Shown: positions 47,901-58,010, numbered from the stretch's first letter. The stretch is DNA of 64,000 nucleotides from Candidatus Doudnabacteria bacterium (GCA_031291995.1 JARLHZ010000039.1:18380-82379), one strand, 5' to 3'. Made by a program: numbers and translations. Notes: a model not told the origin generated them from the letters alone.

Positions 47901-49138
47901 TAGGGACAATTTCCATGCCAGGCAAGGTATATGACGGAACCTTGACCGCCAATGGAACCGTTTGTTCAGTAACTGATGGCGGCGTTATTAATGGCGATAA
48001 AGTAAATTGTGATGTTTCTAATGCGAATTTTAATACCAAAAATGCCGGTAATGATTTGGTTACCGCCAGTTTGGTATTGTCCGGTGAGAACGCCAGCAAT
48101 TACTCAATTAATCCAACGGCAACAGTAAGCGCAGCTATTAGCCAGTTAGCCATTACTGTCACAGCCCAGCCAAACATCAAAATTTACGACGGAACAACGA
48201 ATGCGTCCGCAGTCCCAACAGTTTCTCCGAACGTCGCGCCGGGAGATACCGCCAATTTTATAGAAACCTATGACAACGCAAACGTCGGTATTGCAAAAAC
48301 TTTACTGGCGAGCGGCAGTGTGAGTGATGGCAACAGCGGACACAATTACGATTACAACTTTATAAGCGACACAACAGGGGTTATTACTAAAGCCAACCAG
48401 TCGGTTTCGTTTGTGACATATCCGAACGGACCAGTGACGGGAAACTCCTTTAGTGTAACCGCAAGTTCAACATCCGGACTTACCGTAACCTTTACCGGAG
48501 GCGCGCCAGGCATTTGTTCGGTTGAAGTAAATGGCACGGTTGATATTCAGGGTTCGGGCCAATGTCCGGTAACGGCAACGCAGGCCGGCGACAATAACTA
48601 CAATGCGGCACAAAACGTCACCAAAACTTTCACAGTGGTATACAATGTTACGGCAAATTTGCTGACTTCCACCAGTATCACCAGCAACGGTGTAGTTATT
48701 GGTCCGCTTGGAGGAGCTACGCTGACAGTTACCAATTCCGGTTCTTGTGATGGTCTGAATAGCGGCAGCTCCGATTGCCACACATTGAATGTTTCCGAAG
48801 TACAAACAACAAATGGTTTTTTGCCTGCGGAATCAGATGCATTTGTCCTTGTGCAAAGTACGGCTGATTTAACAGGATACTTTGCCGGTAAGACAGGCTG
48901 GGATCCTTCAATGTTAGCCCAAATTGATGCAGAAATTTCCCGTAGCGCACCGTTCTTTTTCTTTGTCTCTGATGGTAAAGGTGGTTACAGTCTGGCTGAC
49001 GGATTCACATACGGAATAAGTTCGGGAAAAATCAATAACGCTCCTGTTGTTATTGACGACAATTACCCCGCTGGCACTTACACCTTCTCGGGCAATGTTA
49101 ACGGAAGTCCGGTTACCGTGACTTTGACAGTCCAATAA
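44930..49138 (+). CDS. giant secreted adhesin-like protein with >=10 MBG (YDG-motif) repeats
   Basis: Signal peptide. Repeated KVYDGTT...NYxxxYxxGxLTIxxA units (e.g. NYTINYTKGNLTVTKKNLTAT). 1402 aa. Confidence 0.85.
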   Translation: MRKKIKSMKASLFFSLALSAVLAAGSLFVPVSRAIAAIPVDAVLGVTQITAVQTYATADGSYQDGWRWVFDVTVPDSQTILKMKFADWVNGANTIPAAGNIRFYSEQSTNAFASTSAISISGAGVYSDLMYLNGGTDLNVNLGGRQIQITVEARIPTGSAGGSYSTSYGINTTAPATVVIDTNSLAQTYDSTAKIVSATTNPFGLATSITYNGSLTPPTHVGSYAVLATVTDPGYTGSSLATLVVSPASVSVTADPKTKVYDGLTATDPTLTYTVLPPLFGSDTFTGALTRISGEIVGVYPITQGTLSLSVDYNFNFIPSTFVITQASASVTLNESDLNQTYDKTGKVVRVTTNPPGLPVTVTYNGSADLPINAGTYAVVATIADPNYTGSASGSLIINPVPLTVTAVIATKAYDGTTDSAGLASITSGALINEDTATWTQTFGGKDVGSNITITPSGTIIDGNSGKNYIVTFDNATGSITPASATVSAVGHDKVYDGTTSATAKLNVTGSVGNDVLTASGTAVFDTKDVGSNKVVTVTGITLSGATVGDYTFNTTANTTASINPATLAITANDADKIYGDIKTFLGTEFTTSGLVNGDGVTAVTLISAGAATTAQVTGSPYDIVPSNAQGIGLNNYTINYTKGNLTVTKKNLTATITADDKPYDGNNTASISNCSLNSLVNGDGVTCAASGGTFINGNAGTGIIVSASVDLVGDSGNYTVTSPVTTAANITALPITVTAVTDTKVYDGTTAASAATVVPTITGSLVDGDVANFTQSFADRNVGTTKTLIPAGTVNDKNGGNNYAVTFVNNTNGVIKAKDLTVSATGVDKPYDGTMAATVTLTDNRISGDVFTDIYTGAVFSDSGVGDGKTVSVSGISISGTDAGNYNFTNTSAATTANITPATLTITANSTSKVYGVLATFGGSEFTHSALFGSDDVTSVTLTSAGMDATAPVLGSPYTIAASNAVGTGLSNYTITYKNGNLTVNPKVLLGTISMPGKVYDGTLTANGTVCSVTDGGVINGDKVNCDVSNANFNTKNAGNDLVTASLVLSGENASNYSINPTATVSAAISQLAITVTAQPNIKIYDGTTNASAVPTVSPNVAPGDTANFIETYDNANVGIAKTLLASGSVSDGNSGHNYDYNFISDTTGVITKANQSVSFVTYPNGPVTGNSFSVTASSTSGLTVTFTGGAPGICSVEVNGTVDIQGSGQCPVTATQAGDNNYNAAQNVTKTFTVVYNVTANLLTSTSITSNGVVIGPLGGATLTVTNSGSCDGLNSGSSDCHTLNVSEVQTTNGFLPAESDAFVLVQSTADLTGYFAGKTGWDPSMLAQIDAEISRSAPFFFFVSDGKGGYSLADGFTYGISSGKINNAPVVIDDNYPAGTYTFSGNVNGSPVTVTLTVQ

Positions 49139-49158
49139 TTATTAACCCCCGAACGATT

Positions 49159-50577
49159 ATGAAAATTTTCAGAATAAAATTATTGCTTGCGACGGCGTTC
49201 CTGTTTTTGGGAATGGGAATTAAGGCGGTATTGGCTGACGAGGTGACGGGAAATTTATCTACCGGGCTCAATAGTACTGTCGGGACCACGGTTAACGGTG
49301 TTGTTATTTCCCCGCCTACGGCAAATCCCGCGGCCGGTACTTATAAAGGAACTCAGACTGTCACTTTGACCGCGGACGGATCTACGAGCATCTACTACAC
49401 TACCGACAACAGCGCGCCGACATGTTCAGCCGGCTTACCATATAACGGTGCTATATCTGTAACAGCATCAGTGACTATTCAGGCTATATCCTGTTATCCG
49501 GGTAGCGTATCATCGACCGTGGCTTCTTACGGTTATACAATCAACTCGTCTCAGTCACTTGCAACATCTGGCGGCGGCGGCGGGGGAGGGGCTTATTACA
49601 GTGTAATTATAGCCAAAAGCGGCGACGGAACAGGCAATGTAACCGCAAATGGTTCTTTGTGCAGCGGTTCCTGCGCTTTTATTGCGGGGACTTCTGTAAC
49701 TTTAACAGCCGCCTCGGAATCCGGTTCAAGTTTTGGCGGCTGGACAGGTGACTGTACCGGTTCAACAAAAACGTGCGCCCTGGTTTTAAACGGTAACAAA
49801 AATGTTGAGACGTCTTTTATTAAAGGGCAGGTCTTGGGGGAAAGCATTAGTACAGCTCACCCCAACGGTACCTTGGTAATAGATGGTAAGACGGTGTCCT
49901 TAATTGCCGGCGGGCAAATCCATGGTTTCCGCGATCCGCAGGAGTTTGCTTCTTACGGATATAAGTTCAGCCAAACGGTACCAATTAACGAGGCCGATAA
50001 ATTATTGCCCGCGGGCGATATTATGAAGGCTATGACCGGCACGCTGGCTCTGGACACTTCCGACAACCGTACCATTTATATGGTGGGCCAACAGTACAGC
50101 AAGCGGGGATTTGTTTCTATGCAGGTTTTTGCCGACTTGGGATATACCAAAGTCTCATCCTTAGTCCGCGGAATGTTTAAAATAAACCTGAGCGACTACC
50201 CGGCAGGGGATCCGGTGGCTTCGTCCACCGCGGCCCATCCGGAAGGCGCTTTGGTTTTGGATGGAACGGGAACGGTCTGGTGGGTTTTAGACGGCCAAAG
50301 AAGCGGCTTTGAATCGCTAACGGTGTTTAATACCTACGGTTTTACTTTTGACCGCGTGGTACCTGCCAACTCCGCCGACATGGCATTGCCTGTAGGACCA
50401 ACCGTTAAACTGCGTGACGGTACCCTTGTTTCAGACGGTGTCATAACTTACATAATTTCCGACGGCCAAAAATTGCCGTTTGCCGACTCTGCCGCAATGG
50501 TAAGCCGGGGTTACGATGTGAAGAACGCGGTTTCGGCCGACCTTGCCGGATACACCGCCGGACCAAATCTCAATTAA
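49159..50577 (+). CDS. secreted protein with CHB_HEX_C-like domain, divergent InlB B-repeat, Gly8 linker and three ~80-aa C-terminal repeats
   Basis: Signal peptide. ADGSTSIYYTTDNSAPT. GWTGDC...C...NGNKNVETSF. Repeated AHPNGTLVIDGKTV / AHPEGALVLDGTGTV units. Confidence 0.7.
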   Translation: MKIFRIKLLLATAFLFLGMGIKAVLADEVTGNLSTGLNSTVGTTVNGVVISPPTANPAAGTYKGTQTVTLTADGSTSIYYTTDNSAPTCSAGLPYNGAISVTASVTIQAISCYPGSVSSTVASYGYTINSSQSLATSGGGGGGGAYYSVIIAKSGDGTGNVTANGSLCSGSCAFIAGTSVTLTAASESGSSFGGWTGDCTGSTKTCALVLNGNKNVETSFIKGQVLGESISTAHPNGTLVIDGKTVSLIAGGQIHGFRDPQEFASYGYKFSQTVPINEADKLLPAGDIMKAMTGTLALDTSDNRTIYMVGQQYSKRGFVSMQVFADLGYTKVSSLVRGMFKINLSDYPAGDPVASSTAAHPEGALVLDGTGTVWWVLDGQRSGFESLTVFNTYGFTFDRVVPANSADMALPVGPTVKLRDGTLVSDGVITYIISDGQKLPFADSAAMVSRGYDVKNAVSADLAGYTAGPNLN

Positions 50578-50631
50578 ATTTATCAAAATAAGTAAAGCCA
50601 GGACGTCTCTCGTGGTCGTCCTGGCTTTTGT

Positions 50632-51462
50632 TTAAATGCCTGCTTTAAGCGCTTTCTTTTTGGCGATGCCGAGTAAGAGCAGCGCCGTGCCGCCGAGTCC
50701 CCAGGTTGCCGGCTCCGGGGTTGACCCGAGTGTGCTCGCATTGAGATTATCAATGTTGAGCGTCGGTGCGCCGTTCTGGGCGACCGCGAACCACACAAAT
50801 CCCGTGCCGCTAAGGTTTGCGCTGGTCAGGGTTTCTCCGTCGGAGTTGCCCAGTACCGCAGCGGTGCCAATCAGATTTGTTCCAGACAGGATATTCATGT
50901 TGGTCTGAACCAGGTCACCTGGATGGCTTCCTTTGGCGAAAGTCGCCTGGAAGGTATACCATCCCGGATTGTTGAGCACGGACATTGTGCCGCCCCCGTC
51001 AACCGCGACGCTTACCGAACTTCCATCATACGCCAGGCGGAAATTGTGCTCGTCGCCACAGGCGCTGTTGCCGCAACCGACGCCGTCCGGAATAGAGGTT
51101 CCGGGTGTGAAGTCAATCCAATAGTTGGTTCCGGCGCTGCTGGGATCAATATAGACGCTGATTGACTCGCTAAACGCACTGCCGGGGTAAACAGTCGGGT
51201 CGCCGCCGGCGCCAAAATAGGAAAATCCGTAATCGCCATACCCGCTCATGTAATCGTTAGGGGAGTTGGTGATTTGCGCGTAGAATCCACCGCTGGCAGC
51301 AGTGATTCCACCCGTTCCGGAGGCGACGCGGGTGATTGTCCCAACGGGAGACCCGCCATTTGACGGCGTCCAACCGCTGGTATTGGATTCGAACCCTTGA
51401 TTGAATATGGTTCCAGCCTGAGAAAGGCCGGCGAACATCAGGAAACATACAAACGTTTTCAT
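50632..51462 (-). CDS. secreted protein with C-terminal PEP-CTERM-type sorting signal
   Basis: Signal peptide MKTFVCFLMFAGLSQA. C-terminus ...TPEPATWGLGGTALLLLGIAKKKALKAGI (PEP + TM + basic tail). GAGAGG 6 nt upstream of ATG(MKTF). Confidence 0.7.
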   Translation of the reverse strand: MKTFVCFLMFAGLSQAGTIFNQGFESNTSGWTPSNGGSPVGTITRVASGTGGITAASGGFYAQITNSPNDYMSGYGDYGFSYFGAGGDPTVYPGSAFSESISVYIDPSSAGTNYWIDFTPGTSIPDGVGCGNSACGDEHNFRLAYDGSSVSVAVDGGGTMSVLNNPGWYTFQATFAKGSHPGDLVQTNMNILSGTNLIGTAAVLGNSDGETLTSANLSGTGFVWFAVAQNGAPTLNIDNLNASTLGSTPEPATWGLGGTALLLLGIAKKKALKAGI

Positions 51463-51804
51463 TCTGCCTCTCGATTTTTTGTAAACAACTCTTCGGTTTA
51501 GGCTCCGCTTAAAGTTCAAACGAAACCAAAAAAGCAGGCTTCAATATTCCTCCTGCCAAGTGTACATTTTACCAATAACATCGGGTTTTGGCAAGACTGC
51601 CTAACTAACCATTACAACCGGACATAAAAAAGTTGTGACAGAGCGCACAGGTCATAAGGCGAGACACTCTGAATGATAGTTAAAGTTGGAATAATATACT
51701 TTTATTATGTCCAAGCCGCGACGTGGAAGAATTTTTCAGTCAGCAGTTCCCTTACTTGCAAAAAATCCCCGGGGGTGTATATTATTCGTGAAAGGATTTT
51801 ACCT

Positions 51805-52110
51805 ATGTCACAAGCATATTTTGACGAGGGGACCAAAATCCAAACAAAAAAGTGCGTGGCGAATTTATTTAAAGTTTTGACAAAATTGCCGCCCCGGGCG
51901 GCCATGAGTTTGTACGGGGATTTGCTGACCGAAAGCGAAGCGGTCATGCTGGCCAAGCGTTTGGAAATCGCGGTCAGTCTGCTTTCGGGACAAACTTACC
52001 GAAACATCCAGCTTCGGCTGAACGTTACTCCTGGTACAGTGGCGCAAATAGCCAGAGTATTAAAAATTTCGGGCGAAGGTTTTAAAACGGCCCAGCAATT
52101 ATTTTTATAG
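51805..52110 (+). CDS. TrpR-like (YerC/YecD family) DNA-binding protein
   Basis: LYGDLLTESEAVMLAKRLEIAVSLLSGQTYRNIQLRLNVTPGTVAQIAR. RBS GAAAGGA before ATG(MSQAY). Confidence 0.65.
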   Translation: MSQAYFDEGTKIQTKKCVANLFKVLTKLPPRAAMSLYGDLLTESEAVMLAKRLEIAVSLLSGQTYRNIQLRLNVTPGTVAQIARVLKISGEGFKTAQQLFL

Positions 52111-52462
52111 GCCGTGTCGCTGCCTTCGGGAGAATCGGTACAACAGGAAACTTACGGTAAATTATAGATTGCTATCATTCGACGTAGCATTAAATATTCA
52201 TTGTCATCGGGTATTATTCGGAGAGATTGTCTACAGGTTGTCCACAGAAAGAAACTTAAATGGTTAAATTCCCAATGAATCGCGGGTTATCTCCCGGTCT
52301 TAAAATTTGCATTTTTTTTGGTTTCCTTTTACAATTGCTATACGTTGAGTTTTAATCACGCTTCCATTCGCAGGGTTTAATGGTTAAGTAAATATTAAAA
52401 CTGACCGGGAATTTTGAAACTATAGTTCTTTTTCCGGACAGAAAGCCCTTGAGCTTCGCCAT

Positions 52463-52792
52463 ATGTTCGAAAATAAAATGACACATTGCCCCAAGTGCCA
52501 CAAGCCGGTATTAAACGCCGGACAATTTTGGGGCTGCGCGCAATTTACCATTAAGTGTCCGTGGTGCCAGGCGGTTTTGACCCTGAGCGTTCAGCAGCAG
52601 GTTTCCGCCAAACTCAAAATTCCGGAGCAACCCGGCGGCTATCAGCAACAGCCGGAGTATGCCGCGGCGGCTCACGACGATTCGGGTTTTGAAACCCCGA
52701 TGCCATCGTCTTCGCGCAACGCCGGCTCCGACCAGGACGGCTTTAAAGTTGTCGGTTATATTTACCCCCAGGGGGACAAGCCCCCGGGTTAA
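52463..52792 (+). CDS. small zinc-ribbon protein
   Basis: CPKCHK...CPWCQ pair of CxxC motifs, then a low-complexity tail. Confidence 0.5.
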   Translation: MFENKMTHCPKCHKPVLNAGQFWGCAQFTIKCPWCQAVLTLSVQQQVSAKLKIPEQPGGYQQQPEYAAAAHDDSGFETPMPSSSRNAGSDQDGFKVVGYIYPQGDKPPG

Positions 52793-52971
52793 AAAAGATT
52801 AAAATTTAGTGCGGACTAAGTGAGCCGCGGGACTATGAGCGCCCACCTTGAACAGTTTCGATATTTATCGAAGCTAAGCAAGGTGGGCTCTTATTTTTTA
52901 AACAGAGCCGTGTAATATAAAGGTCGAACACAACAGAAAAAATAATTAAAGTTAGATAAGGAAATAAATTT

Positions 52972-53565
52972 ATGAAAAAAGTTATAGCATCTTTAGGCGC
53001 CGCCGCTATGGTCCTGACCTTTGCCGGAACAGCGTTTGCTTCTTCCAGCACCGGCAGCCACAGCCCGGTAAAGACAAAGGTCATTACCATCACCGGCACC
53101 ACCGTCACCAACACCAATGAACTGTCCATTGAAAATATGCAGAGCTCCGCTGCCTTTACCGGCGGCAACGTGATTGCCACCCACACCGGCGACGTTAACG
53201 GCGGCAGCAACACCAGCGGTAACGCCACTGCCACCGCCGCCGTCAATAACAGCGGCAACGGCATTCAGAGCACCGTGACCACGAACAGCAGCGAAGCCAC
53301 TCCGGCATCGCCCAGCGATTCGTCCAACGGCAGCAACAGCAAAGTAACCAGCACCGTTGTCACCAAGGACGGCGCGACCGTTACCAACGGCAACTTAGCC
53401 GAAGTCTCAAATGGCCAGTCGGCCATTTCCGGCACCGGTCTGAACGCGGTTACCAGCTGGACCGGCGACCTTAACGGCGCCAGCAACGCGTCCGGCACAG
53501 CCATGGGAGCCACATCGGTTGTTAATATGTTCAATCCGATAGTTTCCGTCGTGACCCGCAACTAG
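52972..53565 (+). CDS. secreted protein carrying the SGGN-GDVN-TSG repeat module
   Basis: Signal peptide. FTGGNVIATHTGDVNGGSNTSGNATATAAV and TSWTGDLNGASNASGTAMGA repeats. Terminator-like hairpin downstream. Confidence 0.7.
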   Translation: MKKVIASLGAAAMVLTFAGTAFASSSTGSHSPVKTKVITITGTTVTNTNELSIENMQSSAAFTGGNVIATHTGDVNGGSNTSGNATATAAVNNSGNGIQSTVTTNSSEATPASPSDSSNGSNSKVTSTVVTKDGATVTNGNLAEVSNGQSAISGTGLNAVTSWTGDLNGASNASGTAMGATSVVNMFNPIVSVVTRN

Positions 53566-53789
53566 TTTTAACCGATTTTGCCGAAACGTTTTTGGCGAGC
53601 CGGTTAAAAAAACGCGGCGGACATTACGATATACCGTAGTGTCCGCCGCGGACAGCATTTTTCCAACTAAACTCAAGACTACTTTTATCCGCAACTTATG
53701 GCGGCTAAAAGCGGTTTTAGGTTTAACCCGCGGTTTTTTCGGGATTAAAACCAAGGCCGTTAATCTAGTAATCTTAAAATAATAATTTT

Positions 53790-56700
53790 ATGTTTAATTT
53801 ATTTAAAAAAACTTCAGCCAATAAGAGGTCATCATGTTTTGGTATCGGCATGTTGCGGGTTTTCGCGATTGTGGTTTTAACTGTCTTGGTTATCCAGCCA
53901 TTAGCGGTTTTGGCCGATAGCCCCACGACCACTACTATTACTGACGCTAACAATAACCAAAATCCTGCCCAGCAGCAGGTGACCGGCGGCAGTCCGGACG
54001 CCTCAACCACGCCCGTCACCCAGGTAATATACACGGTCACGACCAGCACGCCGGACCAAATCGCGCCGGTGAATTCCACCACCACCCCGGCAGACGCGGG
54101 AACCGCGGCCAGCTCCACGGACCCGAGCCTGCAAAATGCTACCTCCACTCCCGATACATCCACCACCACGCCGGATACCTCCGCTACCACCACCCCGGAC
54201 TCAACTTCTACCACGACTCCGGGCGGCACGATTGCGCCCTGCACGGATACCGGCGCTTCAACTTCCACTCCGGACACAACCAGCACCACCACGCCGGACT
54301 CCCAAACTGCGTCCGGCTCCAACCAGCCCTGCGGCCAGACCGCGACCACCACCGACAGCTCCGCTCTGTCCGATCCCAACGCGGCGACCACCACTTTGGA
54401 TTCGACCACCACTTTGGATCTTTTAAATTCCAATAATTTGGACGCCACCACCACGGCAACCACCACGGCCAACAGCGGTTTAAACGATACCGTGTCCAAT
54501 AACGGCGATATAAATTACGCGACCACCACCACCGGAGACGTTAACGTTTACGCCAATGTTTTGACAGTCGCGAACATTAATTTGGTGAATTCCCAGATTG
54601 TGCAGATGAATGACAGTTTTAACAACCTGGCCGCTGACTTGTATTTAAACCAGCAGGAGCTTTCGCCGGGTCAGCGCACCCAGGATTTGGTTAATCCGAT
54701 TTGCAGCAGCGGAGGAGTGAGCTGCCAGAGCATTACCACTTTTAAGCTGACAAACCAGAATTCGGCTAACGTGAGCAATAACATCGCCGCCTCGGGCAAC
54801 AGCGGCGGCAACGCGATTGCCGCGAGCGGCGACGTAAACCACAGTTCCATAACTACCGGTAACGTTAACGCGGTGGTCAACATTCTTAACATTGTCAATG
54901 CCAATGCCGTAAATTCCACCTGGACGATTGTAACCTTTAACGTGTTCGGCAACTGGACCGGCGATTTGGTTATGCCTTCGGAATTATATTTTACCGATGC
55001 CATGTCCGTGGGTGCCAACAGCAACAGCGACATTTCCCAGGTGCAAAAAGTTATATTAGACGTCAACAACAGCAATTCATCCAAAATTACCAATAATGTT
55101 TCGGTTCAGACCGATACCGGAAATAATACGGTTCAGGGGATTTCCGACATTAAGGGGAACTCCGGGGATATTAATGACGCCCAGGTCAGCACCGGAACCA
55201 GTACCGCGACTTCCGCCGTCACCAACTTAAGCAACCTGACCGCGTATAACAGTTCCTGGTTTTTAGGCTTGATTAATATTTTAGGGCAGTGGTCGGGAAA
55301 AGTATATTCATTGCCCAGTAACGTGCAGGCCAATTATAATCCCACCGGCTTTACTTTTGTTTCCGCTTCAAATCCGCCATCCGCGGGAATTCCCAGCCAA
55401 TTATTGGCGCAGTTATCCGAGCCTAACGCGACCACCACCACGGCCCAGGACAACAGTTCGCTCCAGCCCACCGGTACCAGCACGCTGGACAGTACCGCTA
55501 CCGTACAAATGGATAACAGCAACCAGGCGACAATAAATAACAATGTGACCGTGGATGCTACCACCGGCCAAAACGCCATCGCCGCCGGCGGGGACAGCAA
55601 TCATACCGCCATTACCACCGGCAATGCCACGGCGCTGGCCAATATTTTAAATTTTGCCAACGCCAACCTTATAAATTCCGATTTATATGTTGGCCTGGTG
55701 AATATTTTTGGAAATTGGCAGGGCAATATAGTGTTCGGTTATCCCGATTTGTCCGTTAGCCAGAGCTCCGTTCAAAACCAGATTGCGGGCGGCGCTGGCG
55801 CTCCGTTAACGGTTAACGCCGCGTTTGCCAACCAGGGTAACGGTTCCATGGCCGATACCCAATTGGAGTGGAAGTTTGACCCGACGCTGTTTACGCTGGC
55901 AAATGTTCAGGCTTCCTCTACCGACCCGAATAACGGGGCGGTACAAGCGACTTCAACATACCAAACTATCGCCCCGGGTGATATTCGAGTCGATTTGGGC
56001 GGGCTGGAACCGAACCAAAATGGCAACGCGGTATTCCAGCTGCAAAGCCTGGGGGATCAGACCAACGATCCGGCCGACAATTTTTTTGCCAACATTTTTG
56101 GAAACGGCCCGGAAATTAATTTGACCAACAACCAGAATAATTTAAGCGTCTTGCCGGCAACCGGCACGCCTGTTTCCGTTACTACAAATAATTCGTCAGA
56201 CTCGGGTACGCAAAACACCCAAACCAATTCAAACAACAGCTCCGCTCCGTCTGGTGGTGGTGGCGGCGGTGGTGGTGGTGGCGGCGGGGGCGGGGGATTT
56301 GTATCCAATAGTTCTTCCGGCCAAATTGGGGTCTACCCGGATGTCCTGAATATTTATAAGACTAATTCCGCTACCGGACCGGTCAATCCGGGCATGACGA
56401 TTAATTTTGTCATTACCGTTGACAACGACGGCAATAATTCCTTAAGTAACCTGGTCGTTTACGATACCATGACCGGGCCGGACGGCAGTACCATCAGTTC
56501 GAAAAATTTTAGCGTTCCGGATATGGCTACCCGCCAGGAGGCTTACGTTAAATATTCCCTGGCAATTTCCCCGAACGCTCCGGCTGGGAATTATACCAAC
56601 TCGGCTTATGTTCAGGGCTTGGACGGTAACTTAATAACGGTGCGCAGCAAAACCACGGCATTAAGCACCTTTACCATTGCCGGGCCGGCCGTTATCAACT

Positions 56701-57368
56701 CCCAAAATCCCGATGGCACCTTGAATTCCTCCACTTCTCCCCTGACTTTGATAAATCCGGACAAATCACCGGACAGCAGTTCAACAACCCCGATTTCCGC
56801 CACGTGGCCTTTGGGATTCTTGAAGATGGAATATGGGCAGGTTTTGGGGGCATCCTGCGTACAGCCAAGTTTTGCCGCAGATTTGCGCTATGGTTTTCAC
56901 TCTAACGATGTAAAAGCTTTGCAGACTTATTTGAATAATAACGGTTATACCCTGGCCGCCAGCGGTCCCGGTTCACCAGGGCACGAAACTTTTTATTTCG
57001 GCCCCCTGCTCAAAGCCGCGCTGTCCCGCTTCCAAAAAAATAACGACATTACAGAGCTTGGGTTTTTTGGCTCCGCCACCCGCTCATTCCTTAACGGTTT
57101 GTTAAATACCACCGGCGCGGCTTTTTGTCCGGCTCCAGTGGCCCCGCCGGCAACGCCAAAAAAGCCGATAGCGGCCGCAAAGCCACATGTGCTTGCTTCA
57201 AAGGGCGGGAAGGCTTCCCCGGTGGTAAAAACCAAGCCGGCCCCAAACGCCAATTTAGGCGCGGCAAAAGTCGAACATAATGCGGGGTTGTCCGGAAAGC
57301 CCGTTGTCAACACTCCCGCAGTAACCGGCATCTGGTCAGGACTGGCGAAATTATTCAGTTTTCAATAG
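53790..57368 (+). CDS. giant secreted T/S/P-rich protein with GDVN modules, DUF11 domain, Gly15 tract and C-terminal peptidoglycan-binding domain
   Basis: Signal/TM. Repeated GDxN-containing units. VYPDVLNIYKTN...MTINFVITVDNDGNNSLSNLVVYD (DUF11). LRYGFHSNDVKALQTYLNNNGY...PLLKAALSRFQKNN (PG_binding_1). Confidence 0.8.
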   Translation: MFNLFKKTSANKRSSCFGIGMLRVFAIVVLTVLVIQPLAVLADSPTTTTITDANNNQNPAQQQVTGGSPDASTTPVTQVIYTVTTSTPDQIAPVNSTTTPADAGTAASSTDPSLQNATSTPDTSTTTPDTSATTTPDSTSTTTPGGTIAPCTDTGASTSTPDTTSTTTPDSQTASGSNQPCGQTATTTDSSALSDPNAATTTLDSTTTLDLLNSNNLDATTTATTTANSGLNDTVSNNGDINYATTTTGDVNVYANVLTVANINLVNSQIVQMNDSFNNLAADLYLNQQELSPGQRTQDLVNPICSSGGVSCQSITTFKLTNQNSANVSNNIAASGNSGGNAIAASGDVNHSSITTGNVNAVVNILNIVNANAVNSTWTIVTFNVFGNWTGDLVMPSELYFTDAMSVGANSNSDISQVQKVILDVNNSNSSKITNNVSVQTDTGNNTVQGISDIKGNSGDINDAQVSTGTSTATSAVTNLSNLTAYNSSWFLGLINILGQWSGKVYSLPSNVQANYNPTGFTFVSASNPPSAGIPSQLLAQLSEPNATTTTAQDNSSLQPTGTSTLDSTATVQMDNSNQATINNNVTVDATTGQNAIAAGGDSNHTAITTGNATALANILNFANANLINSDLYVGLVNIFGNWQGNIVFGYPDLSVSQSSVQNQIAGGAGAPLTVNAAFANQGNGSMADTQLEWKFDPTLFTLANVQASSTDPNNGAVQATSTYQTIAPGDIRVDLGGLEPNQNGNAVFQLQSLGDQTNDPADNFFANIFGNGPEINLTNNQNNLSVLPATGTPVSVTTNNSSDSGTQNTQTNSNNSSAPSGGGGGGGGGGGGGGGFVSNSSSGQIGVYPDVLNIYKTNSATGPVNPGMTINFVITVDNDGNNSLSNLVVYDTMTGPDGSTISSKNFSVPDMATRQEAYVKYSLAISPNAPAGNYTNSAYVQGLDGNLITVRSKTTALSTFTIAGPAVINSQNPDGTLNSSTSPLTLINPDKSPDSSSTTPISATWPLGFLKMEYGQVLGASCVQPSFAADLRYGFHSNDVKALQTYLNNNGYTLAASGPGSPGHETFYFGPLLKAALSRFQKNNDITELGFFGSATRSFLNGLLNTTGAAFCPAPVAPPATPKKPIAAAKPHVLASKGGKASPVVKTKPAPNANLGAAKVEHNAGLSGKPVVNTPAVTGIWSGLAKLFSFQ

Positions 57369-57401
57369 AGATTAATTCGCAGAAAAGTTAAGCATACGGC
57401 C

Positions 57402-58010
57402 ATGGCTATTAAGAGGGCACAGAATTTTTATCGAACTGCCACAGTTTCGGCGGCTGTCACGCTGCTGGCAGTTTGGCTGTTACCGGCTTTGGCTTTTGCC
57501 GATTCGTATGTTAGCGTCTCAACCGGCAACAGCAGCAGCGAGTCGGTAATAAACAATTCGGAGAGCAATTCTTCGTCGCGGACTTATATTTCCGCCACGG
57601 CCAACGGCCAAAACCGGACGGTAATTATTAACGGCGACGGAACTTCCACGGATAATTCGGTTTTTGTCCGCTTAAGATCGCAAAATGGTATCGCGACCAG
57701 CACAATAAGGATTAAAACCCCGGCCGGGAATTACTACCAGTTGATTCCGAACCGAACCCGTAACTCCACTACTACCATCCAAATAAAACCGGACCGGCCG
57801 ATATTTGCCAGTTCAACCGCTCCGGGCCTTAACACCACCAGCCAGGTTTACCTTCCCTGCGCCCCGGAATCGGGTTCCGTCTTTTACCGATTATTCCCGT
57901 TTTTATTCGGACGCCATTGTCCCATGGCCGCCTCGACTTCCGCGGTTTCGGCAGGCGTCCCGGCCAACACCGGCTGGACCGGAAAATTGTTTGGTTGGTT
58001 TAACTGGTAA
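57402..58010 (+). CDS. small secreted protein
   Basis: Signal peptide with ALAFADS. S/N-rich. 202 aa. Confidence 0.55.
   Translation: MAIKRAQNFYRTATVSAAVTLLAVWLLPALAFADSYVSVSTGNSSSESVINNSESNSSSRTYISATANGQNRTVIINGDGTSTDNSVFVRLRSQNGIATSTIRIKTPAGNYYQLIPNRTRNSTTTIQIKPDRPIFASSTAPGLNTTSQVYLPCAPESGSVFYRLFPFLFGRHCPMAASTSAVSAGVPANTGWTGKLFGWFNW

Noticed and set aside
52833-55604. Long minus-strand ORFs antisense to the T/S/P-rich surface protein genes (e.g. 53774..54499, 54671..55093) and proline/arginine-rich plus-strand ORF 54136..54426
   Set aside because: Low-complexity, repetitive translations typical of alternative frames of GC-skewed repeat-rich genes. They are fully contained within well-supported signal-peptide-bearing ORFs on the opposite strand or frame.
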